Shown: in pieces, positions 13,572 to 26,144 of the stretch
How positions within the stretch are numbered: position 1 is the stretch's first letter
How the letters are laid out: each line of letters opens with the position of its first letter
Assembly (NCBI RefSeq): GCF_048593235.1
Contig: NC_133619.1
Span: 649,800,558 to 649,864,557, forward strand
Direction: 5' to 3'
Origin: Sminthopsis crassicaudata
Taxonomy: Eukaryota
Length of the DNA: 64,000 nucleotides
Program-made: the position numbers and the translations under genes
Notes under the pieces: model-generated
The model's database searches: none
What the model was told of the DNA's origin: nothing
Seen by the model: only the letters and a program-made list of their open reading frames with translations

Positions 13572-14720
13572 TACACAGCTCAAGCCCATGCTGGACTGAG
13601 TCCTCCTGACTGTTCCTCTCTGGACCTGTGACCCAGAACTGTCTCCAGAGCTGCACCTAGCACTAGTCCAGGGCTCTTTTTTTGGGCCTGGTGTTTCCTG
13701 CCCTATGTGCCTGGTATGTCGCTCCTGACCAGACCCACCCCAGAGGCTGCAGTTCTTTCTGTCTGAGCCCCAGGCTTCCCTGGCATGGAAAAATGACTTG
13801 CTGTGGCCTTTCTAGCTCAGAAACTGGCCTGGCAGACTTTCTAGACGGAGTATAATGAGGTGCCAGAGTATAATGAGGTGCCGAGCTGGGCTTTCTCTCG
13901 CTCTGCCATCTTGACACCGTCTCTTTCGGGACAATATAGTTTTGGGTATTGAAGCTTTCCTCTCTGTCCTCCCCACGTCCCCTCCGGCCTCCCCCAGGAC
14001 CCTTTTGTCTGTCAGGCTCCCTCCTTTCCCCCAAACACAAAGAGCCACAACACATGTGATCAGCGATTTATTGAAAGTTCCTCATGAGGTTGTCCCAAGC
14101 TGGGCTTGGGAATCACGGTGCAGGGAACTCTGTCTGTCTCCAGGGAAAGAGCTCTGGGTCCGCCAGGCTTCAGGACTGCACCCAATCTGGCTGGGCCGGG
14201 ACTAAGCCCCCCAGTGTGGCCGAGGCCAGGACCACATGGAGAAGAACTGCATTATGGCACCCAGGAGGGAGGCCCCCTGTGGGAACAGAGGGGAGAGGAT
14301 GTGGAGCACGAGGGCTGTGACCCCTCTGCCACCCAGAATCCTCCGGGGCGGGAGGCAGATCCCCATTTCCAGGGGCCACTTACCTCCACTCAGCACCAGG
14401 GATGTCACTGGCAGCTGACCAACGATAGGGCTCACTACTCATGTAGCCCTTGCATGTGTAATTCCCATTTATGTCCTCGGTTTTATTGTGGAGAGGGATG
14501 ACAGCCTCAATCCTGATAGCGCTCTGGGGCTTGAGGGTCTGGAATCCACGTTCTGGAGAGCCTTGGTACAGGACGAATTTGTCCAGGCCCACGCTGGAGT
14601 TACAGTGAAAGGTGACATTATCTCCCCGGGGCACCGCAAGTCTGGGAGTCGCCCACAGGAAGGGTTCTTCATAGAGCTCTGTAAAGAGAGACCAAGGCAA
14701 TCAAAGGGAGCCGGTCTCCT
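13572..14720. repeat. Segmental duplicate of 41863-43013 (3' end of genes A and D)
   Basis: Near-identical text from TACACAGCTCAAG onward; divergence is concentrated in the Ig2 exon. Confidence 0.95.
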
Positions 14721-17700
14721 CCCTTCCTGGCTCCCTACTTCTGGGCTCTGAGAGGCAGAGGTCAGCTGAGGGTCGGTCCTGTCCCCTGGCTCTAGGGGGT
14801 ATAGCCATGGACTGGGAGATCCACTTTCCTCCATCCCCTTCTCCTAAGGGCTGATGGTCCCTGTGTCCCTTGAAGCTCTCAGCCTGACATGAACTGATGC
14901 TGAGTGAAACGAGCAGGACCAGGAGATCGTTGTGTACTTCAACAACGATGCTGTATGAGGATCGATTCTGATGGACGTGGGTCTCTCCCACAATGAGAGG
15001 ACCCAGATCGGCTCCAAGAGAGCAGTAGCGAACCAGCTACACCCAGGGAAAGAACTGGGGGAGATGACTAGGAGCCATCCGTAGAATTCCCAATCCCTCT
15101 TGTCCGCTGGCATTTTGGATTTCCTTCACAGGCTAATGGTACCCTATCTCCAAGTCCGATTCTTTTTGTACAGCAAGACAACTGTTGGACCTATAGACAT
15201 ATATTGTATTTAACTAATACTTCAACATATTTAACATGTATTGGTCAGCCTGCCATCAGGGGGAGGGGGTGGGGGGAAGGAGGGGAAAAGTTGGAACAGA
15301 ATTTTGCAAGGGTCAATGCTGAAAAATTACCCAGGCATATGTTTTGTAAATAAAAAGCTATAATAATAATAATAATAATAATAATAATGGTGATGATAAT
15401 AATAATAATAATGATAATAATAATAATAATAATAATAATAATAGAACCTCTCTGCCTGACTTGGAAGGGGTTTGGGCCAGTGTGATGAGGAAGAGGAAGA
15501 GGGCTTGAGCCAAGAGCAACCGGGGCAGAGGTGTGGAGGAGGGCGGAGGTGTGGAGGAGGAGGGAGGTCTGGAGGAGGACAGACGGAGGTGTGGAGGAGG
15601 AGGGAGGTCTGGAGGAGGAGGGGGGTCTGGAGGAGGATAGACGGAGGTGTGGAGGAGGACAGACGGAGGTCTGGAGGAGGAGGGAGGTGTGGAGGAGGTC
15701 GGAGGTCTGGAGGAGGACAGACGGAGGTGTGGAGGAGGACAGAGGTGTGGAGGAGGACAGACGGAGGTGTGGAGGAGGACAGACGGAGGTGTGGAGGAGG
15801 AGGGAGGTGTGGAGGAGGAGGGGGGTCTGGAGGAGGACAGACGGAGGTGTGGAGGAGGACAGAGGTGTGGAGGAGGTCGGAGGTGTGGAGGAGGACAGAC
15901 GGAGGTGTGGAGGAGGAGGGAGGTGTGGAGGAGGAGGGAGGTGTGGAGGAGGACAGACGGAGGTGTGGAGGAGGAGGGAGGTCTGGAGGAGGACAGACGG
16001 AGGTGTGGAGGAGGAGGGAGGTGTGGAGGAGGAGGGAGGTGTGGAGGAGGACAGACGGAGGTGTGGAGGAGGAGGGAGGTGTGGAGGAGGACAGACGGAG
16101 GTGTGGAGGAGGAGGGAGGTCTGGAGGAGGAGGGAGGTGTGGAGGAGGACAGACGGAGGTGTGGAGGAGGAGGGAGGTGTGGAGGAGGACGCGCTTGGGC
16201 TAACTTGGCCAGACCCCGCCCTCTCTGAAACTTGACGGCTGCCAAGGTCTTCTGCAGCTCTAATAGTCCTGGTTCTGTAGCTTGGGAGGAGGACGGAGGA
16301 CCCCAGAAAAGAGCCCTGTGGGGGGAGAACGGAGCTCTCCCTCGGGATGGCCGCGGAGTGAGGGGCCGCCCACTGGGAGGTCCCAGGCCCCTGGGAGCGT
16401 CAGGCGGGGGCCCTCGGCATTGCTTACCTGACACCAGCCAGGGATGGGCGGTTGGGGGGGAGGGGTGACTGTGGGAAAGTGGGCGCGGTCTCACGGGAGT
16501 CAGAGCCGGGAGGGCTTAGCTTAGGCTCAGTCCGCACGTGTCCCAGAGCGGCGCTGAGCCGATAACGAGGCGGCCGTCTTTAAAGGAAAACTCCCCCCAG
16601 CCACGTGCCCGTCATTCACGGAAACGGGGCCCGTTTAAAGGGGAAAGGTCAAGGCCATTGCGCCCGCGGCGCTTAGGCCTCCCGAATGGAGTAAAAGGAG
16701 AGCTCCGAATTCCGGGCCGTGACCAGACGCCCGCGAGCCCTGAAAGCCCCCAGCGCCCGGCCCCAGCTCCCTGATCGCCATTACTTTTTTTTTTCTACTG
16801 ACCTCAATTATTGGACTCAATCACGTGTGGATGTCAAGGACGGGGCCCAGAGATCCCCTGACCCCTGACCTTAGCCACCTCTGCTGCACAAGCCCGTGGG
16901 AAATGGGGCAGTTCTGGGGGGTTCTCAACGCAGGGGGGGGCTGGGGCGTGGCAGGGACACAGAAGCGGGCGTCTTCCGCCCCCCCAAGTTGTGGTCCCGC
17001 CTCCCTGGAGCCCCCTGCAAGGAGCAGGCGCACTGGAGCGGGTGGGGGCGTGAAGGGGGGAGGGGCCGTGGCCCTCTTCTCGGCGGGGGGACCCGGGCCC
17101 TCCAGGACGGCTGTGGGGGACCCGCTGCTCGTGTCCCTCCGCACCTCGCCCTGCTGTTCCCGCCCGCCCCCTCACCGGCCACCGGCACGTCCCCCGGCGG
17201 GCTGAGCTGGGACCAGAACGAGTGGAAGTCGTAGTGGCAGCGGTAGCGGCCGGCCAGCCGGGCGGGGGTCGCGCTCTCCCAGCACGAGTCCTCCAGGCTC
17301 AGGGCCTCCTCCAGGGCCTGCTTGTAGGAGCGGACCGAGTCGTCCGCGCCCCGGCAGCGCAGCAGCAGCGCGGCCCCCCGCGGCACCGGGTAGCTGGGCT
17401 CCACCTCCAGGCGCGGCGTCGGCAGATCGTCTGCGGGCGAGGGAGCCGAAGGTCCAGGGGGACCCCGGGCCCCGCGAGCGCCCCCCGCAGCCCAGACCCC
17501 GCCCCCCCGGGGCCGCAGGCGGGGGAGGGAGGGAGGGGGAGAGGGGAAAAGGAAAAGCGGAATGGGGGAGAGGAGGGGAAAGACTCACAGGACTCTTGCA
17601 GTGCTTGGATCGCATAGAAGCCTGTGAGAAAGTTCCCCCGTGAGGGACTGCTCCCTGCGCCCCCACTCTCCCTGCCTCCCTCCCCAGGGCTCCAGGCGCG

Positions 17701-17938
17701 CTCCCCCCCCCTTTCTGCCCCTCCTCCTTTCCTCCTTGGGGCTCCCATCGAGACTGGCCTCCTCCCCCTCCCTCCTCCACTTACAGCGCTCAGGACAGAC
17801 CCCAGCACTGTTCCCGTTCTTCCCCTCCCTTACACTCCAGCCCCCCTCCCCCCAGGCCAGCATCCAGGACTCCCGGTGTACCACCCCTCCCCGGCCGCAT
17901 TCACCCAGGAAGAGCTGCGCGGGCAGCGGGGGGCGCAT
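14252..17938 (-). CDS. Gene A: LRC-type 2-Ig gene with frameshifted tail; predicted 213-aa secreted form or incipient pseudogene
   Basis: Exons 17938-17905 (34 nt, MRPPLPAQLFLG, donor GTGAAT), 17621-17589 (33 nt, FYAIQALQES), 17430-17176 (Ig1, 255 nt), 14678-14384 (Ig2, 295 nt, one extra base versus paralog D), 14276-14252 (ends ...DIPGAEWRGPPSWVP*). The ancestral frame would run to the stop at 14170. AATAAA at 14067-14072. Confidence 0.75.
14889..15443 (+). mobile_element. 5'-truncated L1 3' end with (TAA)n tail, in intron 3 of gene A
   Basis: Marsupial L1 3' sequence (GAACTGATGCTGAGTGAAACGAGCAG..AATAAAAAGC). Imperfect TSD GAAGCTCTCAGCCTGAC 14872-14888 / GAACCTCTCTGCCTGAC 15444-15460. Confidence 0.85.
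15528..16190. repeat. G-rich minisatellite, 18/22-bp units GGAGGTGTGGAGGAGG(AG|ACAGAC)
   Basis: Direct reading; lies in intron 3 of gene A. Confidence 0.95.
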
Positions 17939-18012
17939 GGTCCTGAGCAGCCCTCCCAGACAGGCAGCGAGCACGTGGGAGCCACAGCAGGAGTGGGGGG
18001 AGTGGTCCTGCC

Positions 18013-18035
18013 GTTGGCTCATCCTCCCCCACGTG
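18013..18035 (-). promoter_or_regulatory. Gene A promoter: E-box-N12-CCAAC module
   Basis: Plus strand GTTGG 18013-18017, 12-nt spacer, CACGTG 18030-18035; about 75-100 bp upstream of the ATG. Confidence 0.55.
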
Positions 18036-19389
18036 ACCCTTCCGGGGGACCTGAGGGTGGGAAGTGACTGGGGGCCCGGGTGCTTCCGCTGGGGCTCCTG
18101 GGGGCGGCGCCAGCCTGGGGGAGAGGCTGGGGGGCATGGCTTGGCCCCCCCCCAGCCGGGCCGGCCCTCGCCCTCAGGGAGCTCCCCGTCTAATGGGGGA
18201 AACATCTGGCAAACCCGTGGGAGATGGGGAGCACTAGCTCGGGGGAGGAGGAGGGAGAGCCTCCCGGGATGTCGGGAGATGGAGCGGCCGGAGGCCCTGG
18301 AGAGCCCCGTGGTCCGGGCTCCGCGGCAGTAGGTGCAGCGGTTAGAACACTGCACCGCAGTCAGGGAGACCTAAATCCAAATGCAGCCCCTAACAAGCTG
18401 TGGGGCCCCGGCGGTCACCTAGCTTCTGCCTGCCTTGGTTTCCCCACCTGTAAAGTGGGATAACGATAGCTGGCAGTCTGTGGGGTCACTCGAGGTACCA
18501 CGGAAGCGCTTCCCAGACCCGGGTTCACTTACCCCCTTGGAGCGGTCACCGGCGATGGGACCAAACAATGCACTGGGGCAGGGGATGCCTCGGAGCAAGG
18601 GTGCGAGGGGTGGGGGGCGGGAGGGGGAGGGGCTTGTGGACAGCAGACCCCCCCAGGGCTCCAGAGACAATGAGGGCGCGTCCGGAAAGGGGGGGCAGAG
18701 CCCCCTCAGCATGGGCAGGCCTGGGCAGCCACCGAGTCTGGAGGTGAGGGGCAGTCACAGGGGCCCAGCCCTCCCCCACCTCGATGGGCAGTGTGGGAGG
18801 GAGCGCGGGCCGTCCTTCTAGACCGGCAGCCCCTCTCAGAGAGCGGAGGGGGTCTCCCTCTGGGCAGACGGAGCGTTCCCTGGGAGCCCAAGACGCCTGT
18901 CCGGTTTCTTCTAGAGCCGCCCTGGCCGAGCCCGCGCTGTTTGCCAGGACCCGGGTTGCTTCGGGTTTAGCGGGTCCGAAGCCTTGAGCCCCCTCCTCCG
19001 GAGCGGCCGAGGCCAGAGGCAGGGCGCTGCCCGGGAGGCCGCGGGCGGAGCTGGGACTCCCATGGGGGGCCGCGCTCTCCGCACTCCCCGGCTCCCTTCG
19101 GCCTCCTTCGGGCGCGGGAACACGCTGCTCTCCTCCAGCCTTCTGCCTGCGGGGGACCTCACGTGGGGGGGGATGCCCGCTAACTGACCGGTCTGAAGCC
19201 CCTGGGCTGCCCCCCGCTGGCCGAGCTGACTGGCTGCCACCCCTGGCACAGCTTCCCGGAGCCGCAGGTCAACGTCGGGGGCAGCCGGGCACCGAAGGGG
19301 GAGGAGCAGCCCTGAAAAGCCTCAGCCCCTCATCCCAAGGCAGGAGTTTCCCAAGAACACCCCATTCCTCTCATTCAAAAATAATCTGA

Positions 19390-19520
19390 GGGCAGCCAGG
19401 TGCGCAGTGGAGAGAGCACCAGCTCTGAAATCAGGAGTTCAAGTCCGGCCGCAGACACTTAACGTTCTGGCTGTGTGACCCTGGGCAAGTCACTTAACCC
19501 CAGCCTCAGGGGAAAAAAAT
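19390..19520 (+). mobile_element. WSINE1-type SINE
   Basis: GGGCAGCCAGGTGCGCAGTGG..GAGTTCAAGTCC..GACCCTGGGCAAGTCACTTAACCCCAGCCTCAGG plus A tail. Confidence 0.85.
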
Positions 19521-21982
19521 AAGTTAAATGGCATCTTGTTCACAATGCCCATTTAAAACCCTTAAATAAAACTCTTCTTAAACTTGTGCTCAAGCTGTGT
19601 TTTTCTTTGGGATTCTGATCATCAATTTTTGGGGTCCCTCTTCCTCAGTCTGGATCTTGAGCATCTCTCTCACCCCAACAGCTTTTGCTCAAGTTTTCTC
19701 ATCTTTCCAGCCTTCCTCCTGGGTGGGCAGCTGCGAGAGCTCTGCTCTCCTTGCACAAGAGCTCTCTGACTTCTGTCATTTTCCGGGTAGGAAAAGCTCT
19801 GGGTCCGCCTGCCGAAAAGCCTTTGCTCGTCCAATCAAGTCTCTTCCTGTGGTGATGGAGCCGTCTCCAGGTGAGGACAGAAAGGACATCAATGGCGGGA
19901 TGACCTCTGTTCTGTGGACATCGGTTGGGGGGGGGGGTAAATGAGGGAGCTTCATCATCCTGGAAAGCTCAGAAAGCTGCGCAAGTGAGTCTGCCCGTTA
20001 TGAGAAATAGTTCGTCTGGCCCCCTCCTCTGGACCCATGGGTATTAATCAAGTTGGCAGAATTCCAAACATGAGGCGCCAGAACTGGGCGCTGCAGATTC
20101 TAAGTCCACTTGCTTAATCACGGGGAGTTAACCAAAGTCCCCCACTCTTGTTCTTCCTTGTCATGGTGGCCAGGCCCAGCGCGGCAGCTCCCACTGCATG
20201 GGAAGGCCCCCAAATGTTTCCATCCCTCTGGGCCAATGCCTTGTCCAACAGGAGCCGGTGACCATCTTATGCGCGCTTGGTCAGTGACCGTGGCAGCCTG
20301 GACCATCTCCTCCTGCCCAACCTAAGGAGGAGCCCGTCCCGGTCCCCATGTAGGGATCGCCCTTGTTTCGATCCTGCCGATGAGTATTTTGGCCTGTGGT
20401 CTCATGGCCCAGGCCAATGGAATATAACTGTTCTTGAATAACTCATCTCTGGCTCTGGAAAAATGGAAGGGGGAGGGGGCTCGGCTGGTGAGGAAGATCG
20501 AGGTCCATTTCATGAACCGGAACCGTGGATGCTTTAAGAAAGCTCCTTTAGCTCAGAGTTCTGCCTCAGTTTCTTTTATTGTAGAGGATCATTTTAATCC
20601 CCCTGAAGTCCGACCCAGAGACAGCTGCTCTCTGGGAACTTGGCCTGTTTTAATTAGCATTACAATTATGAGAAAACTCTGCCTCCACTTGGAGAGGGGC
20701 TAAGCCTCCAAAGTCTTTTGAGAGCACTAGTATTAAGAATAAATACAATTTTAAAATAAAAACAAACAAATAAAAAAAGTCTTTTGAGACACCTGCATCC
20801 CCGGTCTGGAGTCCCAGAATTTTCAGGTCCCCCTGAGCCCCGACATGGGGATACACGGGAGACAAAATGGCAGTGGAAATAATGCAGGGGGGCCGAGGCT
20901 GGATTTCCCAGAAGCCCCCAGCCCTGGGAGCGTATCTTTTTTCTTCCAGCTCTTCTCTTAAAGCCTAGAGCCAAAGTCCAGCTGGGAATCAGAGCTTGGA
21001 GTTTCAGGCAGCCCCCTAGCAGAACCACCCCAGCCCCCATTTCTCTTCTCCTGGATGTGTTAGCCTCTGCCGGGCCAGGAAAGGAGGGGCTGCGTAGGAT
21101 TCCTGGGGTCCCAACACAGCCCTGGGGGATGCTGTGGGGACAGGTGGATTTCCCAGCTACACTCAGCCCCCAGGTTTGTCCCTCCTTGGAGTGCCTCTCC
21201 ATCCCTTCTTCCTCCTTTCCTGAACTCCAGGATGTAGTCACTGAGGTAGATGGAGGGAGGGGGCCAGGGAGCCTCTCTCTGAGTTGGAATTCCAGGTTGA
21301 AAGGGAAAGGTGGGAGGAACAAGATGCAGAGGGGGAGTGCTGATGTCTGGCACATAGTAGGTGCTTAATAAATAACATGTCCCTTCCCTCTCCATGGGAT
21401 TGTGCTAGCCTTTCCCTCTCCAATGGGATCCACCTCCCCAACAGTCACTGCTATAGGTGACCATCAGGAGATGATGTGGTATAATCCTAGCTCAGTCCCT
21501 GGTCTAGGAATCTTGGGCAAATCTAAAACTGTCAATTTCCCAATCTGTGAAATGGGGCTAATAATTCAACAAAGATTAAACCGAACAACAGAGGTGGCAC
21601 TGCCTTGCTTGTTGATTGTTTTTTTAATGAACAAAATCCACGTTCCTCCTCTTCTAATTTATCCCAATTCCCATTTTAAAAATCTCTGTAACAAATAGTG
21701 ATGTCTCTCTCTTTCTCTTTGCCACTGTTTCTCTTTTTCCCTGTGTCTGTCTCTCTCTCTGTCTCTCTTTCTGTCTCCCTCTCTCTCTCATACACACATA
21801 GAGTTTATCCCCCTCTCTGTCACGGGATGGGCGACATGTTTCATCACAAGCCCTCTAGAACTGTGGCTGGTTCTTGCCACTCTCAGAATTCCAAATGTTT
21901 TAACATATTCTTGATGATAAAGCTGTTTTGCAAAAATTGTTCTGCACAGAGCTATGCAAGGATGAATGTTGAAAAATTATCC

Positions 21983-22129
21983 GGGGCAGCTAGGTGGTGC
22001 AGTGGATAGAGCACCAGCCCTGAATTCAGGAGGACCTGAGTTCAAATCTGATCTCAGACACTTAACACTTCCTAGCTGTGTGACCCTGGGCAAGTCACTT
22101 AACCCCAGCCTCAGGAAAAGAAAAAAAAA
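21983..22129 (+). mobile_element. Full-length WSINE1-type SINE inserted in an L1 3' end
   Basis: Canonical SINE text; flanks AAAAATTATCC / AAAAAGTATCC form a probable TSD with one mismatch. Confidence 0.9.
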
Positions 22130-22199
22130 GTATCCATGGATATGTTTTGAAAATAAAAAAAACTTTAATAATTAAAGAATCATATATGGTTAACCTTAG

Positions 22200-24900
22200 T
22201 GGATTACTTGCTCTCTAGGTAGGAGGAAGGGAGTGAGAAAAATTTGGAACACAAGATTTTGCAAGGATGAATGTTGAAAATTATCTGCAAGCACTTTGAA
22301 AATAAAAAGCTATTATTAAAAAATAAAATACAGCCAATAAATAAATAACTAGTTCCAGAACCAATAAAAGTAATGTTGTAAAGATAATCAGTTGTGAGAA
22401 ACTTCAACTCTGATCACTACAATAATTCACCCCCCACTCCAAAGTACTCGGGAGGTTAAATGCTGTCCATCTCCCAGGAGAGGGCTGATGAACATCTGGA
22501 GCCGATGAAGCAGACCTTTTCCTGTCTTTCTTTTCCTTGCACAAACATGGCTGGTATAGATTATGGTTTGCATGATTTTGTGTGTGGTGGGTATGGTATT
22601 TCCAATGGATTGGGAGGAGGTGGAGAGAGGGAGAAAATTTAATAGAATAAAATGTAAAACATATTTAAAGAATTGTTTTTCTGGTTCTTTCCAAAACCAT
22701 TTCCGTGATTTTTTACAACCCAACGATATTCCATCACATTTACGTATCATAATTTGTTCAGACATTTCCCAATTGATGGATCTTGCCTCAGTTTCCATTT
22801 TTTTTCTCTATAAATATTTTCCTTTGATCTCTTTAGGGTGTGGGAGCAGGTGCAGATCTATTGTCATGCACAGTTTACTAATTTTTAGGGCATAATCCCA
22901 GTTCCTTCCCTGAATGGATAGACTAGTTCACAGCTCATTAGTGTGTCTCCTTTCTCAAATAATGAATTTTTATCCCTAATGTTGGTATCTTTGGGTTTGT
23001 CAAAAACTAGATTGCTATAGTTGTTCCCTTTTTTGTCCTTTGTACCTAATCTGTTCCACTGATCGACTGGTCTATTTCTTAGCCAATACCAAATGGTTTG
23101 TGTCTCGTTTCTTAGTCCCTCGAGCATTTGTCTTTTTTGGGGTCAACTTTGCCAATAGGTGAGGTGGAACTTCAGAGTTGTTTTAATTTTCTCTAATTGT
23201 GAGTGATTTAGAAGTTTTCATTTGGCTTTTAATACCTTAAAAGTTTCTTATTCTGACAATGTCTTTTTACATCCATTGACCAGTCATTGCTTTTATTCTT
23301 CTGATCAATTTGAATTGGTTCCCTACAAATCTTAGAAATGAGACTTTCTATAGAAGAGAAGGTGTAGTGGCGGGGTGCGGGGGGGGGGGGGAAGAGCAGT
23401 GGTTAGTAGCAAAACTCTTTTGAGGAGGATCACGGTGAAAGGAGAGAAAGAATATACGAGGAAATTTAGTTAGCAAGAGTAATTGGAAAAAAGAGGCTTA
23501 TTTCTCAAATATAGAGAGAATTGAATCAAATTTATAAAAACGAAGAGTCATGCCCTCATTAATAAATGATCAAAAGACTACAATCTAATTCTGATGGAAG
23601 TGGATATCTTCAACACAGAGAAGAGCTAATCCAATTCCAATTGATCAATGATGGACAGAATCAGCTACACCCAGAGAAAGAACACTGGGAAATGAGTGTA
23701 AACTGTTAGTATTTTTTGTTTTTCTCCCCAGGTTATTTTTACCTTCTAAATCCAATTCTTCCTTTGCAACAACAACAACAATAAAATTCGATTCTGCACA
23801 TATATATTGTACCTAGGATATAGTATAACATATTTAATATGTATGGGAATGCCTGCCATCTAGTTGAGGGGGTGGAGGGAAGGCAGGGAAAATTGGGAAC
23901 AGAAGGGAGTACAAGGGATAATGTTGTAAAAAATTACCTATGCATATGTACTGTCAAAAAATGTTATAATTATAAAATTAATTTAAAAAGAATAAATATT
24001 CCTTTGTTAAAAAAAAAAAAAAAGACTACAATCTACACCCCAAGGGTTATAAATCCTTTGACCTATGAATACCACTACTAGGAATGAATCCCAAAAAAGA
24101 TTTTAAAAAAGAAAAGAATAGGAGCTTTGTATTCAAAAATATTTATAGCAACTCTCTTTTCAGGGCAAAGAAGTCGGAACTGGGGGGATGTCTATCATGT
24201 GGGGAATGGCTGAATAAATTGTGGTGTGTGATTATAATGGAATATCATTGTTCTATGGGAAATGATGAGCAGGATGCTCTCAGAAAATCTGGAAAGTCCT
24301 CCACGAACCCAAGTAAAACGTATGTGAAGTAATGGCAATGTTGTGGGATGATCAATTGTGAGTGGCTTTGCTATTCTCAGCAGTACAATAATCCATGATG
24401 ACTCTGAAGGACTTGTGATGAAAAACGCTATCCACACCAGTGAAAGAACTGTGTCTGAATACACATTGGGATTTGTTTGTTTGTGGGGTTTTTTTTTGGG
24501 GGGGGGAGAGATCTATGTTTTCTTTCACAACATGACTTATGAAAATGTTTTTGCATTAACTCCACATTGCCTTTTTAATGGGGGTGGGAAATTAGGGGAA
24601 GAATCTGGAACTCAAAGTTTTAAAAACAAATGTAAAAAAATGTGTTTTACATGTAACTGGGGAAAATAAAAATATTAAATATTAAAAAGAGACCTTCTTC
24701 CAAGAAACTTACTGCTCAGGTTTTTCACCTCATTTCCCCGCTTCGTTCAATTTTTGCTTTATTGGTTTGTTTTGCACAAAAATGCTTTAATTTTATGTAA
24801 GTAAAATGGTTTATTTTACCATTTGTGGTCTTCCCTGGATGGCTGTGAAAATGCAAGTCAACTGTTTTTAGAACCCTAAGTTGCCATAAAAAGGCCAGCT
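22200..24900. mobile_element. Cluster of nested LINE-1 fragments of different ages and orientations
   Basis: L1 3' ends, a minus-strand ORF2 piece (WYWLRNRPVDQWNRLG, about 22990-23110), and a young L1 3' end 23588-24019 with TSD AAAAGACTACAATCTA (23572-23587 / 24020-24035). Confidence 0.8.
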
Positions 24901-26144
24901 CCAGTGTTTGTTTCCTCATTCTGTCCCCAGCTAGAGGGAGTTGAGCTTTGTTAAGTCCCTACCTTTTAGGCCTCAGGTCTTGCGGCCAGGGTCACTCACT
25001 TCCTCTTTAGCAGGCTGCTGGAGAGCATCGGCCCCCACGGCCAGTGGTCCCTGCAGGTGAGCCAGCTGGAGCTTCACGGTTGGTGCGGGAGGAGGAGCTC
25101 GGATAGCTCCCATGTGAGTTTTGGGGACCCGGCCTCTGTGGATCTGGTTGTGTGAGGTGCCCTGTGCCCAGGCCTGCTGCCTCTGGGCCTGCTCCCTCCT
25201 CAGCCAGAGGACACCCCCCCCGGGGGGAAGGCTTGGCCCTTTGCAGGTCTTTGTCCCATGAAGGGGCAGCATGGGGACAGGGCTATTGCTTGCATCCTTT
25301 CGCTGTGAGAAACCATGGTTGGCAAGGATTAGTGAAAATGCCAAACTCCCCCAGCTCAGCGGTCTCTGTGTGTCCCAGGAGCCTTGTCCACCTCTCCCCT
25401 GAGAGAAATGACTGGTTCTCTCTCTTGTCAGTTCCAGTTTCAGGGACCCTTTGTCCCATTCCCCGGAAAGAAGCCGAGTCTCTCGAGGCCGGGGCTGGAG
25501 GAGGAGAGGGGACCATTCTCATTCTGGGTATTGCTAAACCACCCAAGGAGACCCGACTTTCATCTAAAATGAACTTCTGCCCGGCGTTTGGGGCAGCGCC
25601 TTTGTCTCCGATGCCTGCATCAGAACCGGGGTTGCTCAGGACGGGCTTGGCGGGGGTTGCCCGCCCTTGGGCCTAGCCCGCTCAGAGGAGGGGCATGAGG
25701 GGGGGAGGGGGGCCCACGGCGGCCGGCAGAAAGGAGCGGCTCCCAGACGCGAGCCATGGAAGGAGTGAGGGGGAAGAAGGCCCTGGTTGTCCCCTCCTTT
25801 GTCAAGGGGAAGGGGGTTTCCGTCAGGTGCCCTCTCCCTGGCTGGGGGTTTCTGAGCTGGGAGAGGAAACGCTCCACACAGAAAGGGGAGCCTTGTTCCC
25901 AATGAGGCCGGACAAGCCCTTCTCTGTCCTGACCAGTGCAAGGACAGCTGGATTCTGGGAGACGAAGGTGCTTCCCCTCTTCTTTGTTCTCCCCGAGACC
26001 CCAGACCCACAAAGGAGCTTTCTGTCCTTCCCAGACCCTCCACACGGAAGCCACGAAGAAGGCATAAGCAGCTTTTTATTCTCCTTTTCATGGGGGTGGG
26101 GGAGGATCCCAGGGAGGCCGTGGGGGGCCCCCTTGCGGCCCGGC

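Noticed and set aside
15358-16494. Pro-rich and Gly/Glu-rich ORFs
   Set aside because: Translations of a minisatellite and a (TAA)n tract.
20100-20560. Coding-looking GC-balanced segment, possibly a pseudogene relic
   Set aside because: Short interrupted frames with no protein I recognise; tBLASTx would decide.
24973-25344. Minus-strand ORF ending near a GTGAGT donor-like site
   Set aside because: No Ig cysteine pattern, and not phase 1 in the open frame.
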